From positions 27,590,001 through 27,654,000 of the forward strand of contig CM114271.1 in NCBI GenBank assembly GCA_050084515.1: a DNA stretch of 64,000 bases, read 5' to 3'. A model generated the notes under the pieces. That model was not told the DNA's origin, did not search any database, and saw nothing but the letters and a program-made list of their open reading frames with translations. Shown here piece by piece: positions 1 through 11,700 of this stretch (position 1 is its first letter; each line of letters opens with the position of its first letter). A program made the translations under genes and the position numbers. The DNA comes from Blasia pusilla. Lineage: Eukaryota.

Positions 1-1068
1 GAGTGGAGGCTCTATGAAGACAAGGGCCTCTAAGGAGCAGAATGTCCTAGATAGGGCGGGCTTCGTCCCATAGAGGCCCCTCTCCTCATAGAGCAGGCCT
101 TTCATGGGTCGAGCCCGCACTCCTTGGGCCTACCTTGGACTAATGCGCCCTTAGGGCGGGCCAATATAGGCAATTTCCAGCCCACCTCTCTTAATTTGAA
201 CCCGCACCCATTCTTGTGTCTCAAGCCTGCGCAGGCCACTTGGGTACCAAAAACACCCGGATGGGGAAATTCTTGGGCATGTATGTTTTTGTGCAACCTT
301 GGGGCAAGTGCTCCATCTTGGAGGAGGTGATGAGCCCACACCAAGAGTATACGAGTGTGATCACGGGGGCTCGTGTTGTGGCAGGAGAGAGGAAGAGAGG
401 AGAGGAAGAGAGGAGAGTCTCTCTTAAAAAAAAAGGGCCAAATCCGCCTCCTCTCTTCAAAAAATTTTGACATATTTGAAATTTTTGTTTGCTTTCAAAT
501 TCATGAAATCTTTAGAAGAGAGTAGGTAGTGGTCCACATTCGGGCCTTAAGAAACCTCCTTTTTTCAGAGGGCGAAAAACAAGTAGACATCATAAGACCA
601 CTACAAACATTTTTCCATCACTCTCCATGTGAGCCTAAGTTCCTTCACATTGCCTGTCTCGCCTGATAAGTTGTGCCTGTGGCTATTTTTTTGGAGGACC
701 ATTGGCAAATAATGTGACCAGAAGTAGCAATCTCATCTCAATGAAAGGTTCAAATAAAGACCAACTTTGTGAAATGTGAACACAGGAGACAATAATTAAA
801 CCAAAAGATTGTTAGCTGTCTGGAGTAAAGAGAAACTGATGTCCCTTCATTCAGATCCTAAATCTGATAAACCGAGAAGCTGCACTCCTCCCAACCCGTC
901 GGAATTTTATAGGTTCCAACTCTTGCAACCCATCGGAATTAGATGGCTTGCACCCCTTGCAAGCAAGCTTACCATAACAAAGGAAAGATTTGAGAAGTGA
1001 TTCCATTCCACCCTGTACCCACGAAAATTTAACTGTTTGGGAATCCGAAATGGCAATCCGACAGGTTA

Positions 1069-1929
1069 TAAGAATCCAGCACGTCTTAGAGAAGAAAAGA
1101 AGCCTAAGATTGGTTTGATGATACTAGGGGAACGAGCCAAAAGTGAAGAAGCCCGTCACAATGCCTCAAAATTTGGTCTCCCAGGGAAAAATTCGGATCA
1201 CTCAAGTAGCCAACCTGTCAAAATCCGACAGCTTGCCTAGAAATGGTTGAAAAGTTGCAGTGGTCAAAAAGTGAAAAGTTGCAACCCATCGGAATCCGAC
1301 GGGTTGCAAAATTGTAATTCTAAGTAGCTAGACGAACACAATCCACAAGTCCAAAAAAAATATTCAGCAAAATTTTACAAACACCATTATCGGTTGAAAA
1401 AATCTCGTCCTTTATTACATCCGAAGGAATCTCGGAAATGTACATGTGATCTAGTCTATGATTTCTTCAGCCTTCTCATCTACAAATTTGCTCATGACTC
1501 TCCTAGGTTCCTGTACAAAAGGAATGTCTTGGGATACAAGTGGCTCCTTTGGCCGATTGTAGACGGGGATCGAAAATGTTGGCGAATTCGAGAGCCTTGG
1601 CCCCCCCCTAGGTACACCATAACGGTCCCATGTAACCTGATTTGAGTCCCATCGCCTTCCTCGGCAGTATATCTTGTACGCTCTGCAATGTGACATCCAT
1701 CCAATATCAATACGTGCTCCGTCCTTGGAAATACCATGATGGCAATCCCACAGGTAGTAGGAATCCAACATGTCTTGGAGAAGAGAAGAAGCCTACGCCT
1801 TGTTTGATGATACTAGGGGAAGGTGCTAAAGTGAAGAAGCCCGCCAGAATGCCTCTAAAGAGTCCGAAAGAGTCCGATCACTCACGCAGCCAACCTGTAG
1901 GAATCCGACAGGTTTCCTGGAAGTGGTTG
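1069..1929 (+). repeat. ~190-bp imperfect direct repeat (copies ~1069-1249 and ~1738-1929) inside the MULE
   Basis: Both copies read ATGGCAATCC..AGAAGAAGCCTA..TTTGATGATACTAGGGGAA..AAAGTGAAGAAGCCCG..GATCACTCA..GCCAACCTGT..AATCCGACAG..TGGTTG. Confidence 0.85.
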
Positions 1930-2543
1930 TCGTGCGCATACATATCGCTACACAACATACATCGCTTCGTCACATCTATACCACACAACACCGATCTTCC
2001 CCACACACGGGTCGATCCACACATGTACAAAAATCAACCCATACATATACATGGAGATCACACAACAAAAATAAAGAGTAGAAAAAATGGCAACCCGGCC
2101 TAAAACTCCACTCTTCAATCTACATCGGCATATCGAGCCTCGTCCACCCTGTGCTATCAAGGAATCCGGACGCTAGCACCCTAGTCCTAGCTCACACACA
2201 TACAAGGGAGGTGCTCCAACGGCCCAACATGAGAAAGATGGCTTAGGAAAGCCATCTTCCTCTCTTATATAGGTTGGGAAGAGCCAAAAGGCTCTTCCCC
2301 TAAAAATAGCCCTTCCCTTGGTAACTCATACAAGAGGTTACCAGGGGCGGGTGACCTGGTCAACAAGTCATCCGTCTGTAAAAGACCTCAACATGAAAGT
2401 CGTCAGAAACGACGTTCCTGACACAATGGACCTATCCTCAACCTCATCTGACACTGTGGGACAAAGTTACACTCAAGATAGTCCTCTGGCTCCTACGCCC
2501 TATCCACGATAGATCTCGGCCTATCGGCTACCCATATGTGACA
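1928..2543 (-). mobile_element. Solo terminal repeat (A+B unit) of the DNMT-gypsy family
   Basis: On the minus strand it starts TGTCACA and ends TGCGCACGACA, the same 3' end as the other family members. TATA-like CTATATAAG near 2265. 1928-2323 is near-identical to 21488-21884. No TSD found. It truncates the MULE cargo gene. Confidence 0.8.
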
Positions 2544-5500
2544 CCCCTGAAAGGCCCACTAAGTCGAACACCAAGTCACCCGGCCTTGAGCAGAGCTCGA
2601 TGAGCGTTTGCATCAGGGTTGGCGACTTTTCCTTTCCTCCAAGTAAGGGGGTACTGTCTTGCATGTAAATTCCCGGGGGGGAATTTTATAAACTATCTAA
2701 GTTGTACCCATTGGAGCATGGATCCACAAGATCCAGGATCTTAAACACCTTGAAGTTGTGCTCGGGCCGAACAAAGCAGTAAACATAGGAGTGGTCCATC
2801 TGTAAAGAAGCACGTTGGAAACAATGTCAGCAACAAGAAAGAGCTACTTGACCACAAGTCTACTCTCAGTATGGTGACATAATGTGCAACACGTCCCCAA
2901 AGAACTTCGCATTATAATCCTAACATTGGAGCAACCTATCGGAGTCCGACGGGTTGTTTTACAAGTGTTAGTGATTTTTTTGTCCATGAGCAACCCGTCG
3001 GAAGGCGAAAGGTTGCTGGCTTAGAGCAGCCCATGGTTGGCTAAGAGCAACCTGTCGCTTTCAAACGGGTTGCATCATTCCAGAAACACAAGGAAAAATC
3101 ATGAGCACTTGCAACCCGTCGGGTTCTGACGGGTTGCATTCACCCAATGGAGACTTGCGGTAAATTTGCAACCCGTTGCTTTCAGACGGATTGCACCACC
3201 GAAGTCTCCAGCTCAAACAATCCGATGGGTTGCATGCAGAGATGCAACCCGTCGGAGAAAGACAATTTGGATATAAATTTAGAGCCCTTACTCGAATTTG
3301 ACTCGTCGCGGATCGGAGTGGGTACTCGTTCTTGATGACCCACGATTGCGCCGTCCTCCACTTCAGCGACCTCTTGACGCACTGGAGGTTGAAGAGCTTG
3401 TCCTTGCTCCCTCCAGTCAAAACTAAGAAACATCCCCTGTCACTGAGATAAGCGTCTACAAAGGAAAACAGGAGCGTGATCTGGTCATAAGAAAGAGGGA
3501 CATTCCAGTCTGGGACCCCGTCGAACGGATTCTCGTCCCACAAGCGCAACCCCGAGGGAAAATCGGCGACGAGGAGATCCACCGCCACCTCTTTGACCTC
3601 CCCATGGACCGTCCAGGGAGCGTGCCCATTTTTTTGAAGCTTGCGTCCCAGCGTTGTCAATTTCTCGATGGCGGGTGTCGACGCTTGGGAACTGAAACGT
3701 TTCAGCTCATCGAGAAGATTTGTGTAGTGAATGATGACGCTTGTCCAGGTCGTTGTTTCTCTATGTCTTCCCAAGGATGATGGAGTGTATTCCACATCCT
3801 GGTCTGCTCCGTGGGACAACCCTGGCGCCTCTCGCTTCCGCTTCTCCCGAGTCTGCGGTCGGCTTGTTGGGGTCTCTATGACCTCAGACTCTGGTGGAGT
3901 TTTTTTTGCAAGACCTGGTCCGACCCTCTCTCCCCGCTCGCCCGGACGATTCCGGCTCTCGCCTTGAATTTTCAGCCTCTCTTTGGGAAGACTCGGCCTC
4001 GGAATTCTTCGATCCCCTCGCCTTGGCTTTGAGACCCGCTGTAGATTTGTCCTTGGCGGTGACGACATTGGACACCAACTCCGCTGTCTTGAGGGCTTGC
4101 TCCTCCGCATCTCCTTCGAAAAAGTCTTCAGGCTGCACAAAATTGGGGATGTCGTCCCTACCTGCGGCCACTGCATCATAGAGCTGGCGTAGATCTTTCT
4201 CGGTTATGTCCTGAGGGTCGTTGAAGTCCAGCCAAATCGAGAAATTCTCCACCTTCCAATCGGACATGCTTTGAGCCATCTCCATGTCGTACATGGAAAA
4301 TGTCTCTCCATCAGGCGGAGAAGCCCATAATTTGCAGGCTGCCGATATTTTTCGGCAGTTACCTGCATTCTTACAATGGATAAGGTACCTGAACACCATG
4401 CGTTAGGCAACTCTTAGTCGAGATGCATCGGCTTCCTGCTCCTGAAGATCTTGCTTCTTCTTTGCGAAATCCCTTTTTTTCGCTTCTATTTCTTCGTCAA
4501 GGTCTGCCTGAGGGAGGATGCGATCCTTGAACATCATCCTAAAACCTGGGTTTTTAATGGGCTTGTCCCGCATGTCATCCAGGCAAAGTTCAAAATCTTC
4601 AGCACTCTCCAGGTTTGTTTCCTCCGGAACTGGCTCTATTCTTTTCAGCTCCGCTTGGAGACCCACGAGCATGGACTTCCCGAGAAGCCGCAACGCGTCC
4701 CAAAATGACCATTCACGGAGCCAATGGGAGATCACTGGATCAGAGACACCCAAAGGATGGTGTGCCGCCCTCTTTTGGGCCTCTGTGCCCTCGAGACTGA
4801 TTTTCATCAGTCGAATTCTCCTAAATTCGCTAATTCTAGACAAGGCAAATCGATGCACGCGATCGAGAGACACTTTCTCCCCAATCCGACCTTGCGGATC
4901 TTCATCCCTCTTCCGCTGGCGCTTGATTATCGCCTTCAGCTCCTTGTAGAAATCGGGGCCAAGTTCGGGGTTGAGAATGGCGATGTAGCGTTGCATCTTG
5001 CTTGCCGTGTACTTCGTAGCTGAAGATACTGCCGCTTGGATGAACTTTGCATGCTCAGACACAGACACATTCTCCCTCCGCTCCAGCTCCAGTGCAGCGC
5101 TCTTCTTGGCGGCCTGTATCTTCGACCAGCAAAGGATTGTCATGGCTGCATCTTGGGAAATAAATTTATTTGCCCAAGTCTTTTTTTTATTTGAGCACCC
5201 TTTTCCAGGATGTCATTTACAAGGGCGTCGCCCAAGAACCCCTTGTACTCTGCCGGATGCGTCGTTAGCACTTTCTTCACCCAATCGCAATCTTGGATCC
5301 AGTGGTGGGTGACATTCCCCTCCGATACAATCCTGCACATCCAAACTCAATATGAGAAATTTTGCAAGGTCCATGGGTTCTTGCAACCCGTCGGACTCTG
5401 ACAGGTCGTCACAGCTCATGGTCGGAATGGTAGCTACGAGCTAAATTTTGCAACCCATCGGAGTCTGACGGATTGCATTCAGATTTATGATTGCCTGGTT

Positions 5501-7335
5501 TCAACCCGTCGGACTCTGACGGGTTGTCAGATAATTTGTATTTAGAGAGTGATTACAGAGAGAAAAGTGAACATATCAACCCGTCGGAGTCGGACAGGTT
5601 GCACAATTTCAATTAAAGCTGCAATTTGACGCCAAAAATGTAGCTCCCCTACTTCCAAATGCAACCTGTCGGACTCCAACGAGTTGCTTTCGGCCAAAAA
5701 CATTAAAAAATAGCTATGAGTCAAGCAACCCGTCGGACTCCGACAAGTTGCTTTCTTCAAAAAACATCCAAAAACAGCGGCCAGTCGAGCAACTCGTCGG
5801 ACTCCGACGAGTTTCTTTCGGCCAAAAACATCCTAAACCTGTGGTCAGTCGAACAACTCATCAGAATCTGACGAGTTGCTTTCGGCCAAAAACATCCTAA
5901 ACCTGTGGTCAGTCGAACAACTCGTCGGACTCGCTTTCGGCCATAAACATCATAAACCTGTGGTTAGTCAAACAACTCGTCGGAGTCCGACGAGTTTCTT
6001 TCGGCCAAAAATATCCTAAACCAGTGATCAGTCGAACAACTCATCGGAGTCCGACGAGTTGCTTTCTGCCAAAAACATTCCAAAAATAGTGGCGACTCAA
6101 ACAACTTGTCGAAGTCCGACGGTTTGCAGCAAGAGGAAACTTACATGTTCATGGCATGCATGGCCATCTCCACCGTCGCCATGTGATGAGGGAATGGATG
6201 TAGCACCAGTGCCTTCATGCAAAAATGTGCCTCCAATGAGTTTGGGCGCTCCTCTGCAAACTGGGTCCACGTCATGAACATGTGGTTTCCATCCCAGATG
6301 AAGAAATACAGCTTCCGCATCCAGCTGAATTCCATCCCCTCTATCGCCCTTCTGAATTCCTGATCTCTCATCCTCCAGAATGTGTCGAGCGCTTCCAAGT
6401 CCTCCTCCATAACCAGCGCTTGGGTTCCATGGTCATCGTAAGGCTGAACATAGAACGGAGGGAAGTTGTCGACTTAGGATGCTGTCGCTGCCGATTATTT
6501 CAGCTTTGCAATATCCTTGTCAGACTGAATTTCGCAGACGTACTCCATTGTTCGCAATTAGCAAAGTGGAATTCTCGGGGCGTTATGGCCCTCCATCAGT
6601 GCCATCTGCTTTACCACCTGTCACAACGGGGACAAGGTCAATAAGCTACACTAAATTGCCAATGAATTGCAACATGGGCCTTCATATAATTCAAAGAACA
6701 CAGATCCTCTCTTACTCGCTCAAAGACTGGGTCGGTGTCTTGGCCAGCCAACTGCTCTGGGACAGCAGTTAGCAAGTCCACTGGAAACTCGTCGATCCGA
6801 TAGAGGTCGATTTCTTCCACCGGGCTTAGAGACGAGGATGACCGCTCTCCTGGTTCTTCAGCGATGTCCACCATCTCCACGCTGGCGGTCCTCATGACCT
6901 CATCGTCCGTCACTTGAACTTCAGCCATTTTCGCTATATTGATTGTGTCCCCGGACTTCATCGGGGACATTTCCTGCATCTTAACACTTTTGGTTGGACG
7001 GGCAGGGATTTCTTCAATGGCAATTTCTTTTTCCCTCCGAGCTTTTTCCAATTCTACTCTCCTCATCGACGCGTCTTTTCACGCTTTTTGTCGGTGATCC
7101 TTTTCTTCAAGGCCTGCGACGCCTTAGCCTCTGCGTTCTATTTTTTGAGTGCCTCATTTACACGTTTTGCAAGAAGCTCCTGCTTGTGCATCTCCGCTTC
7201 CCTTTCCCGCTCCTCGATTTCTTGCTGCCTTATCTCATTGGCCGAACGAGGCCCTAGAGATGGTGACGCAAGAGTCCTCATTGACTTGGGAGTGAAGCTC
7301 CCAGCCTTGTTTGCTTTAGATTTTTTCCTCGTCAT
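2544..7335 (-). pseudogene. MULE cargo gene: ParB/Srx-like N-terminal domain + coiled/low-complexity middle + beta-class N4C/N6A DNA methyltransferase-like domain (introns 6715-6618, 6144-5333, 3291-2800)
   Basis: Three GT-AG introns splice in frame (FER|VVK, MNM|IVS, QIR|MDH). ParB-like IPLC*LRTMEYV..FFIWDGNH (6280-6570). MTase motifs VDLLVADFPSG (DPPY position), YLSDRGCFLVL, and EKSPTLMQTLIELCSRPGDLVFDLVGLSG (motifs X/I). Several stops and homopolymer frameshifts. Confidence 0.75.
5655..6130. repeat. 64-bp tandem array (8 palindrome-containing units) in an intron of the cargo gene
   Basis: CAAC palindrome cores start at 5662, 5726, 5790, 5854, 5918, 5973, 6037 and 6102. Unit is approximately CAACTCGTCGGACTCCGACGAGTTGCTTTCGGCCAAAAACATCCTAAACCTGTGGTCAGTCGAA. 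Confidence 0.9.
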
Positions 7336-7679
7336 TGTTCCCGAAAATACCTCATATGGACAAGCAAATTGCTCTCTCTGCATGAGGAATCGCCTTGATG
7401 AGTCGCCTTGCTGATGTCGCGATGAGTCGCCTTGATGAGTAGCTCGAATCATCTCGCGATAGTTCTCTCAAATTGTCTCGCGATGAGTTGCCGTGTAAAT
7501 CGCCCCTTGGTATCTGGTCAGCTACTGTGCGGAAGAGCAATTGAGATCGCAAAACGAAAAACCGGAAATGAGCGAACCTTCCCCTATTTATACTTTTCGA
7601 GCCGTTGGGCTGACCGTTGGGTCGCATCGTCCTTTCGACAGCGACGTGCCAGCCGTTATGGAAATTTGGACGTGAAAAA

Positions 7680-8625
7680 CACCAACCCAACGGCTTCGAC
7701 AAGTTGCACGCTTCTCGAGGGTTCAAGGCATCCGTCCTCGTGGCAACCCGTCGAAGACCGACAGGTTGCACGCCTCTGCCGTCTTCGGACAAGAACGCGA
7801 GGTACCCGCGCAACCCGTCGGAGACCGGTGGGTTGCACCCTTCCCTCGTCTTGGGATAACAAGGCGGGCTTCCAGCGCAACTCGTTGGAGGCCAACAGGT
7901 TGCACGCTTCCTTCATGTAAGCGTTACAAGGCGACTCATCGCACAACCCGTCTGAGGTCGACGGGTTGCGCGCCTCCGCTGTCTTTGGGCAAGAAGGTGC
8001 GGAACCCGCGCAACTCGTCGGAAACAGACGGGTTGCACGCTTCCTTAATGTAAGCGTTACAAGGTGAGGCAATTGCGCAACCCGTCTGAGGCCGACAGGT
8101 TGCGCGCCTTCGTCGTCTTCGGGCAAGAAGCCACGGCACCCGCGCAACTTGTCGGAGATCGATAGGTTGCATGCTTCCTTCATGTTAGCGTTACAAGGTG
8201 AGGCACAAGTGTGCAACCCGTCCGAAGCCGATGGGTTGCATGCTTTGCTTATCTTGGGTTAATAGGCGAGGTACAAGGGCAACCCGTGAGTTATCGACAG
8301 GTTGCACGCTTTCCTATCCCTCGGGTAACAATGCGAAAACGCATAGTTCCGAGGCAACCCATTGCAATCCGACGGGTCACAAGATCTACCCTGAGTTGGA
8401 CAATCCCGCAAAAGTCCCCAACGATTGGTCGCCTTAGCATATGCAAGCGATATCTTGTGTTTGATGCTAGCAAAATCGACTCAACAGACCTTTGGTCGGC
8501 AAGAAGGGGGTACCAACCCAACGGACTCCGACGCGTTCCAACAAAATGAAGTGTGTGCTTCGCAACCAACGTCTCTGATTCCCAAATTCTGCAACCCACT
8601 TGACTCTGATAGGTTGCAACAGAAT
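7680..8625. repeat. Array of 27-bp palindromes GCAACCCGTCGGA-N-TCCGACGGGTTGC with ~67-bp period, between the two divergent MULE genes
   Basis: Cores start at 7744, 7811, 7878, 7944, 8011, 8078, 8145, 8214, 8280 and 8355, with further copies near 7684, 8514 and 8591. Confidence 0.9.
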
Positions 8626-8710
8626 TGAATCCATTGTGTCAGATATTTTCACCTACCAAACTTCATCTTGTTAGTCAAATTCTGTCAGGAGAATCTGAGT
8701 CCCTATTCAC

Positions 8711-8760
8711 TATAAATTAAACATTCTCATTCTCATTCTCATTCTCATTCTCATTCTCAA
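8711..8760 (+). promoter_or_regulatory. Putative TATA box followed by (CTCATT)n microsatellite upstream of the transposase ATG
   Basis: TATAAA at 8711, about six CATTCT units at 8722-8760, ATG at 8787. Confidence 0.4.
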
Positions 8761-8786
8761 TCTCCTCCGGGTGGAATCTTCTGGGA

Positions 8787-11700
8787 ATGGATAATTATGT
8801 GAAGCTCACTTGTGGCAGTCATCTAGCGGCCCTTCCTCAATCAGAAATCGTTCGACTGCAAGCTCGTGAGTCTTTCATACTAGTGGATGAAATTTTTCTC
8901 TCACTTCGATTTCTTCTCCAAATTGGAATCATCTTTGTATCCAAGGATGTTAGGGTGGACGGTACGGAGGACATAATAGATGAGACAGTTCAGCCAGTGA
9001 TTGCAGACCGTAAAGTATGGAATCTCCTACCTCTAGCAAATGGTCAATATAGAGTTTACGGCTTGCCCCTTAATTCTTCTGTTTCCCAAGTAGACGGTCG
9101 AGAATTTCCTAGTGCACCGAGCTCTACGTTTGCAACTCCTAGCTCAGTAGATCCGGCTTCGACTCCAACTTCACATGCTCGTAACAATGTTGTACTTCTT
9201 GAAGACATTCCGTATGTTATCAACCTCAGTGGATCTGTCGGACACCAACCAGGCCCTCTATTCGCCTACTCGTTCCTCTTGCCAGTATTAGGCAATAGTT
9301 TGCTATCGTCTCTGGCCTTGAAAATGTTCAAGCACATTCTTGTCGATGAGTTGCCACCCACGTACGATGATAATTGCATTTTTGAGTTGCCTCCACTTGC
9401 TACTCCTGCTCAAAAGAAAGATGGAGGACGCTTGAAGAGTATGGACAGAAAGTCTGATTGTCATCGATGGTGCATGCTTCAACGGACTAGTGCTTCAATT
9501 CCAGATGGTCCTTGGATTGTCTCCCACTGCCAATACGTTGGAGCCTTGGAGTGTAGAAGTCCAGCATGCCTATATCTAGAGTGCAACGGGCGAGTCAATA
9601 CGTCGCAATTCCCCCCCAAGAATGCAGAAACTCCATACGAGGTCGGTGCCACCATACCGCCGGGAGGCCATCGATGTTCTCATTGTCAGGCATCCCCCTT
9701 CTGCGTTGGAGCGTGTCCTGCATACATATTTTTCATTGTCCACGACTTGGGCTCCACGTCAAAGTACACAAGGCTGGAAGTTCATGTTGGCTCCCACACT
9801 CATCTTGTGACCGATGCAATTCAGAGACACATCAAGGAGGATGTGGCGAAGAAAGTTTCGGAGGTCTACAGAAACTCTCCGGGTTCAAAGCCCGGAGTGA
9901 TCAAGCTCACAATAGCATCACAAATTTGCGAACAATTGCTTGGAATCCCTCGACAGGGCGAGATCACGGCTGATGAGGAGAAACAACTATGGGAAAATCT
10001 TGCATTTCTCGCTGATCCTGAATGCTTCTGGAATTTTCTGAGTCAAATACGGGTACTGGATGGAAAGCCGGCCGAAATGGATGCCATTTCCAGAATCAAG
10101 GCCAACTCCAGATTTCCATTCATTCAGAGATGGCAGTTCATGGGCCAGGGAGGCGAGGGATGTAGGGCCTATGTCTTCAAAATGTCAACCACAGGTCCGT
10201 CGAGTGGCCTCGATCTTATAGATCGAATGAGAGAAGGGGAAGATCTTTACGGCAGCTAGGTAAGCTTTGATATTTGCTACAGAGTGCTGAATGGATGGTT
10301 GAGAATGGGTGCTTACGTTTATGACCATGTGGAGAAGGGACTCAAAACTATATTTGTCTGTGAAGTAAAACCAGAAGACGTTGGCAGTTTGAAGATGTGG
10401 TGGTTACTCTTATTGGAGGTGGTGAAGGAAAATAAAAGGCCACCTCCGGAAAATTTATGGGTTCATGGCGGACAATGCACAACCAGGGTGGATTGCTATC
10501 AAGGAAGTGTTCTTGGGTGGAGAGGTTCAACCGGAGAGGGAAAGTTTGGATGCTTTCCATTGGCAAGAGTCTGTGACCCGTACACCAAATCTTGCATCAA
10601 GGAGAATAAGAGGACAGAGCATATCACTCTACTCCAACGCTGTTAGGACAACAAAACCTTGAAACACGCCATGGAATGCCAAGAAGAACTTCATGGATGG
10701 TGGAGGAAGCATGCGATTGAGGGGAAGTACAAAGAGTTGTGCTCTTGGTTGAGTTGGTGGACTGTACGTATGAGACAATGGGGAAACTTCATGTGGCAGG
10801 TGAGTTCACTATTTCTTCTTGTCAAGTTCACGCTGAGAATTTTTTAAAAAGTTGCAGCTCAAGTTGAGAAGCGTGGGAACTATAGGGATTTCAAACCGAA
10901 GAAACCAAGCAATTTTTCGGATGGGATGGGTTGCCCGACTGTGCAACCCTTCGAAATGGACAGGTTGCCTGAGTGTGCAACCAGTCGGAGACCGACGGGT
11001 TGCATCCAGAATTTTGGTGCAACCCGTATATAAGTATGCAAGTCGCATGTATACAAGGCCTGCAAATAGTTCGACCCCGATGGGTTTCGGATGACTTGCA
11101 CTTGGATCTTCCATCCCGGAGTGGCCAAAGGTTCTTGCAACCCGTCGGAATCAGACGTGTTGCAATAGGTGTTTCCTAGGTGTTGCAACACGTCGGGACC
11201 CGATGGGTCACAGAGTAATTCATGGGATGCCTCAGCCTTGCAACCCGTCTGGTTCCGACAGGTAGCTTATTTCTTTGACTTCTGAGCTATTTTCGTTCCC
11301 TTCTAACATTGCCGTCGTTGCAGGGATTGAACATTCATGAAAATTCCCTCTACCCCAACACAAGTGGAGCAAAAAGTGTTCATTCCTCCTGGAGGTTGTC
11401 ACAAGCATGCCAACGAGTTTCACTTGTGGAGGCATGCCAACAAGACGAGGCAAGAGCAATGCTACAGTCTGCAGCATCCCATATCTTCCTCACAAAAGGC
11501 ATAACAAAAGGAAGGGGGCCTTCGATCTACGAGCTCTATGTCAGGGCGGCTGTGAGATCCGGTGATGAAAAACTCTATGTGGAAGCCTTCAACCGATGCG
11601 TAGCAGGAACTCCCCTCGAGCAAGACGTACATATTGGTGGGGATATTCGTGGGCGGGTTTTAAGATGTCCCATACAGATGGTGGTAGAGCAGTCCGAGCG

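Noticed and set aside
5655-8385. CRISPR array (palindromic 27-bp repeats with ~40-bp spacers)
   Set aside because: Spacers are related to one another, repeats are degenerate and dispersed through introns, there are no cas genes, and the context is eukaryotic
7352-8652. Cluster of overlapping 60-186 aa ORFs
   Set aside because: By-products of GC-rich palindromic repeats; no recognisable domains
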